From NCBI GenBank assembly GCA_964016885.1, contig OZ024745.1, positions 59,520,001 through 59,584,000 of the forward strand: 64,000 bases of DNA, written 5' to 3'. The translations under genes were made by a program, and so were the position numbers. Origin of the DNA: Eledone cirrhosa (lineage: Eukaryota). Below, one piece after another: positions 42,950 to 57,900 of the stretch. The notes under the pieces are model-generated. The model saw only the letters and a list, made by a program, of their open reading frames with translations. It was not told where the DNA came from and ran no database searches. The first letter of the stretch is position 1. Each line of letters begins with the position of its first letter.

Positions 42950-45900
42950 GAGTGAGAACCTCGACTTGGAGTGAGAACCTCGACTTGGAGTGAAAAACTC
43001 GACATGCAGTGAAAACCTCGACTTGGAGTGACAACCTCGACTTGGAGTGAAAACCTCGACTTGGAGTGAAAACCTCGACTTGGAGTGAAAACCTCGACTT
43101 GGAGTGAAAACCTCGATTTGGAGTGAAAACCTAGACTTGGAGTGAAAACCTCGATTTGGAGTGAAAACCTCGATTTGGAGTGAAAACCTCGACTTGGAGT
43201 GAGAACCTCGACTTGGAGTGAGAACCTCGAGTTGGAGTGAGAACCTCGACTTGGAGTGAAAACCTCGACTTGGAGTGAGAACCTCGACTTGGAGTGAAAA
43301 CCTCGACTTGGAGTGAGAACCTCGACTTGGAGTGAAAACCTCGACTTGGAGTGAGAACCTCGCCTTGGAGTGAAAACCTCGACTTTGAGTGAGAACCTCG
43401 CCTTGGAGTGAAAACCTCGACTTGGAGTGAAAACCTCGACTTGGAGTGAGAACCTCGACTTGGAGTGAAAACCTCGACTTGGAGTGAGAACCTCGACTTG
43501 GAGTGAAAACCTCGACTTGGAGTGAAAACCTCGACTTGGAGTGAAAACCTCGACTTGGAGTGAAAACCTCGACTTGGAGTGAAAACCTCGATTTGGAGTG
43601 AAAACCTCGACTTGGAGTGAAAACCTCGACTTGGAGTGAGAACCTCGACTTGGAGTGAGAACCTCGACTTGGAGTGAAAAACTCGACTTGGAGTGAAAAC
43701 CTCGACTTGGAGTGAGAACCTCGACTTGGAGTGAAAACCTCGACTTGGAGTGAAAACCTCGACTTGGAGTGAAAACCTCGACTTGGAGTGAGAACCTTGC
43801 CTTGGAGTGAAAACCTCGCCCTGGAGTGAAAACCTCGACTTTGAGTGGGAACCTCGATTGGAGTGAAAACCTCGACTTGGAGTGAGAACCTCGACTTGGA
43901 GTGAGAACCTCGACTTGGAGTGAGAACCTCGACTTGGAGTGAGAACCTCGACTTGGAGTGAAAACCTCGACTTGGAGTGAGAACCTCGACTTGGAGTAAA
44001 AACCTCGACTTGGAGTGAGAACCTCGGCTTGGAGTGAAAACCTCGACTTGGAGTGAGAACCTCGGCTTGGAGTGAAAACCTCGACTTGGAGTGAGAACCT
44101 CGACTTGGAGTGAAAACCTCGACTTGGAGTGAGAACCTCGACTTGGAGTGAAAACCTCGACTTGGAGTGAAAACCTCGACTTGGAGTGAGAACCTCGACT
44201 TGGAGTGAGAACCTCGACTTGGAGTGAGAACCTCGACTTGGAGTGAGAACCTCGACTTGGAGTGAGAACCTCGACTTGGAGTGAAAACCTCGACTTGGAG
44301 TGAAAACCTCGACTTGGAGTGAGAACCTCGACTTGGAGTGAGAACCTCGACTTGGAGTGAAAACCTCGACTTGGAGTGAGAACCTCGACTTGGAGTGAGA
44401 ACCTCGACTTGGAGTGAAAACCTCGACTTGGAGTGAAAACCTCGACTTGGAGTGAAAACCTCGACTTGGAGTGAAAACCTCGACTTGGAGTGAAAACCTC
44501 GACTTGGAGTGAAAACCTCGACTTGGAGTGAGAACCTCGACTTGGAGTGAAAACCTCGACTTGGAGTGAAAACCTCGACTTGGAGTGAAAACCTCGACTT
44601 GGAGTGAAAACCTCGACTTGGAGTGAGAACCTCGCCTTGGAGTGAAAACCTCGACTTGGAGTGAAAACCTGGACTTGGAGTGAAAACCTCGACTTGGAGT
44701 GAAAACCTCGACTTGGAGTGAGAACCTCGACTTGGAGTGAAAACCTCGACTTGGAGTGAGAACCTCGACTTGGAGTGAAAACCTCGACTTGGAGTGAAAA
44801 CCTCGACTTGGAGTGAAAACCTCGACTTGGAGTGAGAACCTCGACTTGGAGTGAGAACCTCGACTTGGAGTGAGAACCTCGACTTGGAGTGAGAACCTCG
44901 ACTTGGAGTGAGAACCTCGACTTGGAGTGAGAACCTCGACTTGGAGTGAGAACCTCGACTTGGAGTGAGAACCTCGACTTGGAGTCAAAACCTCGACTTG
45001 GAGTGAGAACCTCGACTTGGAGTGAAAACCTCGACTTGGAGTGAGAACCTCGACTTGGAGTCAAAACCTCGACTTGGAGTGAGAACCTCGACTTGGAGTG
45101 AAAACCTCGACTTGGAGTGAAAACCTCGACTTGGAGTGAGAACCTCGACTTGGAGTGAAAACCTCGACTTGGAGTGAGAACCTCGATTTGGTGTGAAAAC
45201 CTCGACTTGGAGTGAGAACCTCGATTTGGTGTGAAAACCTCGACTTGGAGTGAGAACCTCGATTTGGTGTGAAAACCTCGACTTGGAGTGAGAACCTCGA
45301 TTTGGAGAGAAAACCTCGACTTGGAGTGAGAACCTCGATTTGGAGTGAGAACCTCGACTTGGAGTGAAAACCTCGACTTAGAGTGAGAACCTCGACTTGG
45401 AGTGAAAACCTCGACTTGGAGTGAGAACCTCGACTTGGAGTGAAAACCTCGACTTGGAGTGAGAACCTCGACTTGGAGTGAAAACCTCGACTTGGAGTGA
45501 GAACCTCGACTTGGAGTGAAAACCTCGACTTGGAGTGAGAACCTCGACTTGGAGTGAAAACCTCGACTTGGAGTGAAAACCTCGACTTGGAGTGAGAACC
45601 TCGACTTGGAGTGAAAACCTCGACTTGGAGTGAGAACCTCGACTTGGAGTGAAAACCTCGACTTGGAGTGAGAACCTCGACTTGGAGTGAAAACCTCGAC
45701 TTGGAGTGAAAATCTCGCCTTGGAGTGAAAACCTCGACTTGGAGTGAAAACCTCGACTTGGAGTGAAAACCTCGACTTGGAGTGAAAACCTCGACTTGGA
45801 GTGAGAACCTCGACTTGGAGTGAAAACCTCGATTTGGAGTGAAAACCTCGATTTGGAGTGAAAACCTCGACTTGGAGTGAGAACCTCGAGTTGGAGTGAG

Positions 45901-48900
45901 AACCTCGAGTTGGAGTGAGAACCTCGACTTGGAGTGAAAACCTCGACTTGGAGTGAGAACCTCGACTTGGAGTGAAAACCTCGACTTGGAGTGAGAACCT
46001 CGACTTGGAGTGAAAACCTCGACTTGGAGTGAGAACCTCGCCTTGGAGTGAAAACCTCGACTTGGAGTGAGAACCTCGCCTTGGAGTGAAAACCTCGACT
46101 TGGAGTGAAAACCTCGACTTGGAGTGAGAACCTCGACTTGGAGTGAAAACCTCGACTTGGAGTGAGAACCTCGACTTGGAGTGAAAACCTCGACTTGGAG
46201 TGAGAACCTCGACTTGGAGTGAAAACCTCGACTTGGAGTGAAAACCTCGACTTGGAGTGAAAACCTCGACTTGGAGTGAGAACCTCGACTTGGAGTGAGA
46301 ACCTCGACTTGGAGTGAAAAACTCGACATGCAGTGAAAACCTCGACTTGGAGTGAGAACCTCGACTTGGAGTGAAAACCTCGACTTGGAGTGAAAACCTC
46401 GACTTGGAGTGAAAACCTCGACTTGGAGTGAAAACCTCGATTTGGAGTGAAAACCTAGACTTGGAGTGAAAACCTCGATTTGGAGTGAAAACCTCGATTT
46501 GGAGTGAAAACCTCGACTTGGAGTGAGAACCTCGACTTGGAGTGAAAACCTCGACTTGGAGTGAGAACCTCGACTTGGAGTGAAAACCTCGACTTGGAGT
46601 GAGAACCTCGACTTGGAGTGAAAACCTCGACTTGGAGTGAGAACCTCGACTTGGAGTGAAAACCTCGACTTGGAGTGAGAACCTCGCCTTGGAGTGAAAA
46701 CCTCGACTTTGAGTGAGAACCTCGCCTTGGAGTGAGAACCTCGACTTGGAGTGAAAACCTCGACTTGGAGTGAAAACCTCGACTTGGAGTGAGAACCTCG
46801 ACTTGGAGTGAGAACCTCGACTTGGAGTGAGAACCTCGACTTGGAGTGAGAACCTCGACTTGGAGTGAGAACCTCGACTTGGAGTGAAAACCTCGACTTG
46901 GAGTGAAAACCTCGACTTGGAGTGAGAACCTCGACTTGGAGTGAGAACCTCGACTTGGAGTGAGAACCTCGACTTGGAGTGAAAAACTCGACTTGGAGTG
47001 AAAACCTCGACTTGGAGTGAGAACCTCGACTTGGAGTGAAAACCTCGACTTGGAGTGAAAACCTCGACTTGGAGTGAAAACCTCGACTTGGAGTGAGAAC
47101 CTTGCCTTGGAGTGAAAACCTCGCCTTGGAGTGAAAACCTCGACTTTGAGTGAGAACCTCGATTGGAGTGAAAACCTCGACTTGGAGTGAGAACCTCGAC
47201 TTGGAGTGAGAACCTCGACTTGGAGTGAGAACCTCGACTTGGAGTGAGAACCTCGACTTGGAGTGAAAACCTCGACTTGGAGTGAGAACCTCGACTTGGA
47301 GTAAAAACCTCGACTTGGAGTGAGAACCTCGGCTTGGAGTGAAAACCTCGACTTGGAGTGAGAACCTCGGCTTGGAGTGAAAACCTCGACTTGGAGTGAG
47401 AACCTCGACTTGGAGTGAAAGCCTCGACTTGGAGTGAGAACCTCGACTTGGAGTGAAAACCTCGACTTGGAGTGAAAACCTCGACTTGGAGTGAGAACCT
47501 CGACTTGGAGTGAGAACCTCGACTTGGAGTGAGAACCTCGACTTGGAGTGAGAACCTCGACTTGGAGTGAGAACCTCGACTTGGAGTGAAAACCTCGACT
47601 TGGAGTGAAAACCTCGACTTGGAGTGAGAACCTCGACTTGGAGTGAGAACCTCGACTTGGAGTGAAAACCTCGACTTGGAGTGAGAACCTCGACTTGGAG
47701 TGAAAACCTCGACTTGGAGTGAGCACCTCGACTTGGAGTGAAAACCTCGACTTGGAGTGAAAACCTCGACTTGGAGTGAAAACCTCGACTTGGAGTGAAA
47801 ACCTCGACTTGGAGTGAAAACCTCGACTTGGAGTGAGAACCTCGACTTGGAGTGAAAACCTCGACTTGGAGTGAGAACCTCGACTTGGAGTGAAAACCTC
47901 GACTTGGAGTGAGAACCTCGACTTGGAGTGAGAACCTCGACTTGGAGTGAAAACCTCGACTTGGAGTGAGAACCTCGACTTGGAGTGAGAACCTCGACTT
48001 GGAGTGAGAACCTCGACTTGGAGTCAAAACCTCGACTTGGAGTGAGAACCTCGACTTGGAGTGAAAACCTCGACTTGGAGTGAGAACCTCGCCTTGGAGT
48101 GAAAACCTCGACTTGGAGTGAAAACCTCGACTTGGAGTGAAAACCTCGACTTGGAGTGAAAACCTCGACTTGGAGTGAAAACCTCGACTTGGAGTGAGAA
48201 CCTCGACTTGGAGTGAAAACCTCGAGTTGGAGTGAGAACCTCGACTTGGAGTGAAAACCTCGACTTGGAGTGAGAACCTCGACTTGGAGTGAAAACCTCG
48301 ACTTGGAGTGAGAACCTCGACTTGGAGTGAAAACCTCGACTTGGAGTGAGAACCTCGACTTGGAGTGAAAACCTCGACTTGGAGTGAGAACCTCGACTTG
48401 GAGTGAGAACCTCGACTTGGAGTGAGAACCTCGACATGGAGTGAAAACCTCGACTTGGAGTGAAAACCTCGACTTGGAGTGAGAACCTCGACTTGGAGTG
48501 AAAACCTCGACTTGGAGTGAGAACCTCGACTTGGAGTGAAAACCTCGACTTGGAGTGAGAACCTCGACTTGGAGTGAAAACCTCGACTTGGAGTGAGAAC
48601 CTCGACTTGGAGTGAAAACCTCGACTTGGAGTGAGAACCTCGACTTGGAGTGAGAACCTCGACTTGGAGTGAAAACCTCGACTTGGAGTGAGAACCTCGC
48701 CTTGGAGTGAAAACCTCGACTTGGAGTGAAAACCTTGACTTGGAGTGAAAACCTCGACTTGGAGTGAAAACCTCGACTTGGAGTGAAAACCTCGATTTGG
48801 AGTGAAAACCTCGACTTGGAGTGAAAACCTCGACTTGGAGTGAAAACCTCGACTTGGAGTGAAAACCTCGACTTGGAGTGAGAACCTCGACTTGGAGTGA

Positions 48901-51900
48901 AAACCTCGACTTGGAGTGAGAACCTCGACTTGGAGTGAAAACCTCGACTTGGAGTGAGAACCTCGACTTGGAGTGAAAACCTCGACTTGGAGTGAAAACC
49001 TCGACTTGGAGTGAGAACCTCGACTTGGAGTGAAAACCTCGACTTGGAGTGAAAACCTCGACTTGGAGTGAGAACCTCGACTTGGAGTGAAAACCTCGAC
49101 TTGGAGTGAAAACCTCGACTTGGAGTGAAAACCTCGACTTGGAGTGAAAACCTCGACTTGGAGTGAGAACCTCGACTTGGAGTGAGAACCTCGATTTGGA
49201 GTGAGAACCTCGACTTGGAGTGAAAACCTCGACTTGGAGTGAAAACCTCGACTTGGAGTGAGAACCTCGACTTGGAGTGAGAACCTCGACTTGGAGTGAA
49301 AACCGCGACTTGGAGTGAAAATCGCGACTTGGAGTGAAAACCTCGACTTGGAGTGAGAACCTCGACTTGGAGTGAAAACCTCGACTTGTAGTGAAAACCT
49401 CGACTTGGAGTGAGAACCTCGACTTGGAGTGAAAACCTCGACTTGGAGTGAGAACCTCGACTTGGAGTGAAAACCTCGACTTGGAGTGAGAACCTCGACT
49501 TGGAGTGAAAACCTCGACTTGGAGTGAAAACCTCGCCTTGGTGTGAAAACCTCGACTTGGAGTGAAAACCTCGACTTGGAGTGAAAACCTCGACTTGGAG
49601 TGAAAACCTCGACTTGGAGTGAGAACCTCGACTTGGAGTGAGAACCTCGACTTGGAGTGAAAACCTCGATTTGGAGTGAAAACCTCGATTTGGAGTGAAA
49701 ACCTCGATTTGGAGTGAAAACCTCGACTTGGAGTGAGAACCTCGACTTGGAGTGAGAACCTCGAGTTGGAGTGAGAACCTCGACTTGGAGTGAAAACCTC
49801 GACTTGGAGTGAGAACCTCGACTTGGAGTGAAAACCTCGACTTGGAGTGAGAACCTCGACTTGGAGTGAAAACCTCGACTTGGAGTGAGAACCTCGCCTT
49901 GGAGTGAAAACCTCGACTTGGAGTGAGAACCTCGCCTTGGAGTGAAAACCTCGACTTGGAGTGAAAACCTCGACTTGGAGTGAGAACCTCGACTTGGAGT
50001 GAAAACCTCGACTTGGAGTGAGAACCTCGACTTGGAGTGAAAACCTCGACTTGGAGTGAGAACCTCGACTTGGAGTGAAAACCTCGACTTGGAGTGAAAA
50101 CCTCGACTTGGAGTGAAAACCTCGACTTGGAGTGAAAACCTCGACTTGGAGTGAAAACCTCGACTTGGAGTGAAAACCTCGATTTGGAGTGAAAACCTCG
50201 ACTTGGAGTGAAAACCTCGACTTGGAGTGAGAACCTCGACTTGGAGTGAGAACCTCGACTTGGAGTGAAAAACTCGACATGCAGTGAAAACCTCGACTTG
50301 GAGTGAGAACCTCGACTTGGAGTGAAAACCTCGACTTGGAGTGAAAACCTCGACTTGGAGTGAAAACCTCGACTTGGAGTGAAAACCTCGATTTGGAGTG
50401 AAAACCTCGATTTGGAGTGAAAACCTCGATTTGGAGTGAAAACCTCGACTTGGAGTGAGAACCTCGACTTGGAGTGAGAACCTCGAGTTGGAGTGAGAAC
50501 CTCGACTTGGAGTGAAAACCTCGACTTGGAGTGAGAACCTCGACTTGGAGTGAAAACCTCGACTTGGAGTGAGAACCTCGACTTGGAGTGAAAACCTCGA
50601 CTTGGAGTGAGAACCTCGCCTTGGAGTGAAAACCTCGACTTTGAGTGAGAACCTCGCCTTGGAGTGAAAACCTCGACTTGGAGTGAAAACCTCGACTTGG
50701 AGTGAGAACCTCGACTTGGAGTGAAAACCTCGACTTGGAGTGAGAACCTCGACTTGGAGTGAAAACCTCGACTTGGAGTGAAAACCTCGACTTGGAGTGA
50801 AAACCTCGATTTGGAGTGAAAACCTCGACTTGGAGTGAAAACCTCGACTTGGAGTGAGAACCTCGACTTGGAGTGAGAACCTCGACTTGGAGTGAGAACC
50901 TCGACTTGGAGTGAAAACCTCGACTTGGAGTGAGAACCTCGACTTGGAGTGAAAACCTCGACTTGGAGTGAAAACCTCGACTTGGAGTGAAAACCTCGAC
51001 TTGGAGTGAGAACCTTGCCTTGGAGTGAAAACCTCGCCTTGGAGTGAAAACCTCGACTTTGAGTGAGAACCTCGATTGGAGTGAAAACCTCGACTTGGAG
51101 TGAGAACCTCGACTTGGAGTGAGAACCTCGACTTGGAGTGAGAACCTCGACTTGGAGTGAGAACCTCGACTTGGAGTGAAAACCTCGACTTGGAGTAAAA
51201 ACCTCGACTTGGAGTAAAAACCTCGACTTGGAGTGAGAACCTCGGCTTGGAGTGAAAACCTCGACTTGGAGTGAGAACCTCGGCTTGGAGTGAAAACCTC
51301 GACTTGGAGTGAGAACCTCGACTTGGAGTGAAAACCTCGACTTGGAGTGAGAACCTCGACTTGGAGTGAAAACCTCGACTTGGAGTGAAAACCTCGACTT
51401 GGAGTGAGAACCTCGATTTGGAGTGAAAACCTCGACTTGGAGTGAGAACCTCGACTTGGAGTGAGAACCTCGACTTGGAGTGAGAACCTCGACTTGGAGT
51501 GAAAACCTCGACTTGGAGTGAAAACCTCGACTTGGAGTGAGAACCTCGACTTGGAGTGAGAACCTCGACTTGGAGTGAAAACCTCGACTTGGAGTGAGAA
51601 CCTCGACTTGGAGTGAAAACCTCGACTTGGAGTGAGAACCTCGACTTGGAGTGAAAACCTCGACTTGGAGTGAAAACCTCGACTTGGAGTGAAAACCTCG
51701 ACTTGGAGTGAAAACCTCGACTTGGAGTGAAAACCTCGACTTGGAGTGAGAACCTCGACTTGGAGTGAAAACCTCGACTTGGAGTGAAAACCTCGACTTG
51801 GAGTGAAAACCTCGACTTGGAGTGAGAACCTCGCCTTGGAGTGAAAACCTCGACTTGGAGTGAAAACCTGGACTTGGAGTGAAAACCTCGACTTGGAGTG

Positions 51901-54900
51901 AAAACCTCGACTTGGAGTGAGAACCTCGGCTTGGAGTGAAAACCTCGACTTGGAGTGAGAACCTCGACTTGGAGTGAAAACCTCGACTTGGAGTGAGAAC
52001 CTCGACTTGGAGTGAAAACCTCGACTTGGAGTGAAAACCTCGACTTGGAGTGAGAACCTCGACTTGGAGTGAAAACCTCGACTTGGAGTGAAAACCTCGA
52101 CTTGGAGTGAAAACCTCGATTTGGAGTGAAAACCTCGACTTGGAGTGAAAACCTCGACTTGGAGTGAGAACCTCGACTTGGAGTGAGAACCTCGACTTGG
52201 AGTGAAAAACTCGACATGCAGTGAAAACCTCGACTTGGAGTGAGAACCTCGACTTGGAGTGAAAACCTCGACTTGGAGTGAAAACCTCGACTTGGAGTGA
52301 AAACCTCGACTTGGAGTGAAAACCTCGATTTGGAGTGAAAACCTAGACTTGGAGTGAAAACCTCGATTTGGAGTGAAAACCTCGATTTGGAGTGAAAACC
52401 TGGACTTGGAGTGAGAACCTCGACTTGGAGTGAGAACCTCGACTTGGAGTGAGAACCTCGACTTGGAGTGAAAACCTCGACTTGGAGTGAGAACCTCGAC
52501 TTGGAGTGAAAACCTCGACTTGGAGTGAGAACCTCGACTTGGAGTGAAAACCTCGACTTGGAGTGAGAACCTCGCCTTGGAGTGAAAACCTCGACTTTGA
52601 GTGAGAACCTCGCCTTGGAGTGAAAACCTCGACTTGGAGTGAAAACCTCGACTTGGAGTGAGAACCTCGACTTGGAGTGAAAACCTCGACTTGGAGTGAG
52701 AACCTCGACTTGGAGTGAAAACCTCGACTTGGAGTGAAAACCTCGACTTGGAGTGAAAACCTCGATTTGGAGTGAAAACCTCGACTTGGAGTGAAAACCT
52801 CGACTTGGAGTGAGAACCTCGACTTGGAGTGAGAACCTCGACTTGGAGTGAAAAACTCGACTTGGAGTGAAAACCTCGACTTGGAGTGAGAACCTCGACT
52901 TGGAGTGAAAACCTCGACTTGGAGTGAAAACCTCGACTTGGAGTGAGAACCTTGCCTTGGAGTGAAAACCTCGCCTTGGAGTGAAAACCTCGACTTTGAG
53001 TGAGAACCTCGATTGGAGTGAAAACCTCGACTTGGAGTGAGAACCTCGACTTGGAGTGAGAACCTCGACTTGGAGTGAGAACCTCGACTTGGAGTGAGAA
53101 CCTCGACTTGGAGTGAAAACCTCGACTTGGAGTGAGAACCTCGACTTGGAGTAAAAACCTCGACTTGGAGTGAGAACCTCGGCTTGGAGTGAAAACCTCG
53201 ACTTGGAGTGAGAACCTCGGCTTGGAGTGAAAACCTCGACTTGGAGTGAGAACCTCGACTTGGAGTGAAAACCTCGACTTGGAGTGAGAACCTCGACTTG
53301 GAGTGAAAACCTCGACTTGGAGTGAAAACCTCGACTTGGAGTGAGAACCTCGACTTGGAGTGAAAACCTCGACTTGGAGTGAGAACCTCGACTTGGAGTG
53401 AGAACCTCGACTTGGAGTGAGAACCTCGACTTGGAGTGAAAACCTCGACTTGGAGTGAAAACCTCGACTTGGAGTGAGAACCTCGACTTGGAGTGAGAAC
53501 CTCGACTTGGAGTGAAAACCTCGACTTGGAGTGAGAACCTCGACTTGGAGTGAAAACCTCGACTTGGAGTGAGAACCTCGACTTGGAGTGAAAACCTCGA
53601 CTTGGAGTGAAAACCTCGACTTGGAGTGAAAACCTCGACTTGGAGTGAAAACCTCGACTTGGAGTGAAAACCTCGACTTGGAGTGAAAACCTCGACTTGG
53701 AGTGAAAACCTCGACTTGGAGTGAGAACCTCGCCTTGGAGTGAAAACCTCGACTTGGAGTGAAAACCTGGACTTGGAGTGAAAACCTCGACTTGGAGTGA
53801 AAACCTCGACTTGGAGTGAGAACCTCGGCTTGGAGTGAAAACCTCGACTTGGAGTGAGAACCTCGACTTGGAGTGAAAACCTCGACTTGGAGTGAGAACC
53901 TCGACTTGGAGTGAAAACCTCGACTTGGAGTGAAAACCTCGACTTGGAGTGAGAACCTCGACTTGGAGTGAGAACCTCGACTTGGAGTGAGAACCTCGAC
54001 TTGGAGTGAGAACCTCGACTTGGAGTGAGAACCTCGACTTGGAGTGAAAACCTCGACTTGGAGTGAAAACCTCGACTTGGAGTGAGAACCTCGACTTGGA
54101 GTGAGAACCTCGACTTGGAGTGAAAACCTCGACTTGGAGTGAGAACCTCGACTTGGAGTGAAAACCTCGACTTGGAGTGAGAACCTCGACTTGGAGTGAA
54201 AACCTCGACTTGGAGTGAAAACCTCGACTTGGAGTGAAAACCTCGACTTGGAGTGAAAACCTCGACTTGGAGTGAAAACCTCGACTTGGAGTGAGAACCT
54301 CGACTTGGAGTGAAAACCTCGACTTGGAGTGAAAACCTCGACTTGGAGTGAAAACCTCGACTTGGAGTGAAAACCTCGACTTGGAGTGAGAACCTCGCCT
54401 TGGAGTGAAAACCTCGACTTGGAGTGAAAACCTGGACTTGGAGTGAAAACCTCGACTTGGAGTGAAAACCTCGACTTGGAGTGAGAACCTCGACTTGGAG
54501 TGAAAACCTCGACTTGGAGTGAGAACCTCGACTTGGAGTGAAAACCTCGACTTGGAGTGAAAACCTCGACTTGGAGTGAAAACCTCGACTTGGAGTGAAA
54601 ACCTCGACTTGGAGTGAAAACCTCGATTTGGAGTGAAAACCTCGACTTGGAGTGAAAACCTCGACTTGGAGTGAGAACCTCGACTTGGAGTGAGAACCTC
54701 GACTTGGAGTGAAAAACTCGACATGCAGTGAAAACCTCGACTTGGAGTGAGAACCTCGACTTGGAGTGAAAACCTCGACTTGGAGTGAAAACCTCGACTT
54801 GGAGTGAAAACCTCGACTTGGAGTGAAAACCTCGATTTGGAGTGAAAACCTAGACTTGGAGTGAAAACCTCGATTTGGAGTGAAAACCTCGATTTGGAGT

Positions 54901-57900
54901 GAAAACCTCGACTTGGAGTGAGAACCTCGACTTGGAGTGAGAACCTCGAGTTGGAGTGAGAACCTCGACTTGGAGTGAAAACCTCGACTTGGAGTGAGAA
55001 CCTCGACTTGGAGTGAAAACCTCGACTTGGAGTGAGAACCTCGACTTGGAGTGAAAACCTCGACTTGGAGTGAGAACCTCGCCTTGGAGTGAAAACCTCG
55101 ACTTTGAGTGAGAACCTCGCCTTGGAGTGAAAACCTCGACTTGGAGTGAAAACCTCGACTTGGAGTGAGAACCTCGACTTGGAGTGAAAACCTCGACTTG
55201 GAGTGAGAACCTCGACTTGGAGTGAAAACCTCGACTTGGAGTGAAAACCTCGACTTGGAGTGAAAACCTCGATTTGGAGTGAAAACCTCGACTTGGAGTG
55301 AAAACCTCGACTTGGAGTGAGAACCTCGACTTGGAGTGAGAACCTCGACTTGGAGTGAAAAACTCGACTTGGAGTGAAAACGTCGACTTGGAGTGAGAAC
55401 CTCGACTTGGAGTGAAAACCTCGACTTGGAGTGAAAACCTCGACTTGGAGTGAAAACCTCGACTTGGAGTGAGAACCTTGCCTTGGAGTGAAAACCTCGC
55501 CTTGGAGTGAAAACCTCGACTTTGAGTGAGAACCTCGATTGGAGTGAAAACCTCGACTTGGAGTGAGAACCTCGACTTGGAGTGAGAACCTCGACTTGGA
55601 GTGAGAACCTCGACTTGGAGTGAGAACCTCGACTTGGAGTGAAAACCTCGACTTGGAGTGAGAACCTCGACTTGGAGTAAAAACCTCGACTTGGAGTGAG
55701 AACCTCGGCTTGGAGTGAAAACCTCGACTTGGAGTGAGAACCTCGGCTTGGAGTGAAAACCTCGACTTGGAGTGAGAACCTCGACTTGGAGTGAAAACCT
55801 CGACTTGGAGTGAGAACCTCGACTTGGAGTGAAAACCTCGACTTGGAGTGAAAACCTCGACTTGGAGTGAGAACCTCGACTTGGAGTGAAAACCTCGACT
55901 TGGAGTGAGAACCTCGACTTGGAGTGAGAACCTCGACTTGGAGTGAGAACCTCGACTTGGAGTGAAAACCTCGACTTGGAGTGAAAACCTCGACTTGGAG
56001 TGAGAACCTCGACTTGGAGTGAGAACCTCGACTTGGAGTGAAAACCTCGACTTGGAGTGAGAACCTCGACTTGGAGTGAAAACCTCGACTTGGAGTGAGA
56101 ACCTCGACTTGGAGTGAAAACCTCGACTTGGAGTGAAAACCTCGACTTGGAGTGAAAACCTCGACTTGGAGTGAAAACCTCGACTTGGAGTGAAAACCTC
56201 GACTTGGAGTGAAAACCTCGACTTGGAGTGAGAACCTCGACTTGGAGTGAAAACCTCGACTTGGAGTGAAAACCTCGACTTGGAGTGAAAACCTCGACTT
56301 GGAGTGAGAACCTCGCCTTGGAGTGAAAACCTCGACTTGGAGTGAAAACCTGGACTTGGAGTGAAAACCTCGACTTGGAGTGAAAACCTCGACTTGGAGT
56401 GAGAACCTCGGCTTGGAGTGAAAACCTCGACTTGGAGTGAGAACCTCGACTTGGAGTGAAAACCTCGACTTGGAGTGAGAACCTCGACTTGGAGTGAAAA
56501 CCTCGACTTGGAGTGAAAACCTCGACTTGGAGTGAGAACCTCGACTTGGAGTGAAAACCTCGACTTGGAGTGAAAACCTCGACTTGGAGTGAAAACCTCG
56601 ATTTGGAGTGAAAACCTCGACTTGGAGTGAAAACCTCGACTTGGAGTGAGAACCTCGACTTGGAGTGAGAACCTCGACTTGGAGTGAAAAACTCGACATG
56701 CAGTGAAAACCTCGACTTGGAGTGAGAACCTCGACTTGGAGTGAAAACCTCGACTTGGAGTGAAAACCTCGACTTGGAGTGAAAACCTCGACTTGGAGTG
56801 AAAACCTCGATTTGGAGTGAAAACCTAGACTTGGAGTGAAAACCTCGATTTGGAGTGAAAACCTCGATTTGGAGTGAAAACCTCGACTTGGAGTGAGAAC
56901 CTCGACTTGGAGTGAGAACCTCGAGTTGGAGTGAGAACCTCGACTTGGAGTGAAAACCTCGACTTGGAGTGAGAACCTCGACTTGGAGTGAAAACCTCGA
57001 CTTGGAGTGAGAACCTCGACTTGGAGTGAAAACCTCGACTTGGAGTGAGAACCTCGCCTTGGAGTGAAAACCTCGACTTTGAGTGAGAACCTCGCCTTGG
57101 AGTGAAAACCTCGACTTGGAGTGAAAACCTCGACTTGGAGTGAGAACCTCGACTTGGAGTGAAAACCTCGACTTGGAGTGAGAACCTCGACTTGGAGTGA
57201 AAACCTCGACTTGGAGTGAAAACCTCGACTTGGAGTGAAAACCTCGATTTGGAGTGAAAACCTCGACTTGGAGTGAAAACCTCGACTTGGAGTGAGAACC
57301 TCGACTTGGAGTGAGAACCTCGACTTGGAGTGAAAAACTCGACTTGGAGTGAAAACCTCGACTTGGAGTGAGAACCTCGACTTGGAGTGAAAACCTCGAC
57401 TTGGAGTGAAAACCTCGACTTGGAGTGAAAACCTCGACTTGGAGTGAGAACCTTGCCTTGGAGTGAAAACCTCGCCTTGGAGTGAAAACCTCGACTTTGA
57501 GTGAGAACCTCGATTGGAGTGAAAACCTCGACTTGGAGTGAGAACCTCGACTTGGAGTGAGAACCTCGACTTGGAGTGAGAACCTCGACTTGGAGTGAGA
57601 ACCTCGACTTGGAGTGAAAACCTCGACTTGGAGTGAGAACCTCGACTTGGAGTAAAAACCTCGACTTGGAGTGAGAACCTCGGCTTGGAGTGAAAACCTC
57701 GACTTGGAGTGAGAACCTCGGCTTGGAGTGAAAACCTCGACTTGGAGTGAGAACCTCGACTTGGAGTGAAAACCTCGACTTGGAGTGAGAACCTCGACTT
57801 GGAGTGAAAACCTCGACTTGGAGTGAAAACCTCGACTTGGAGTGAGAACCTCGACTTGGAGTGAAAACCTCGACTTGGAGTGAGAACCTCGACTTGGAGT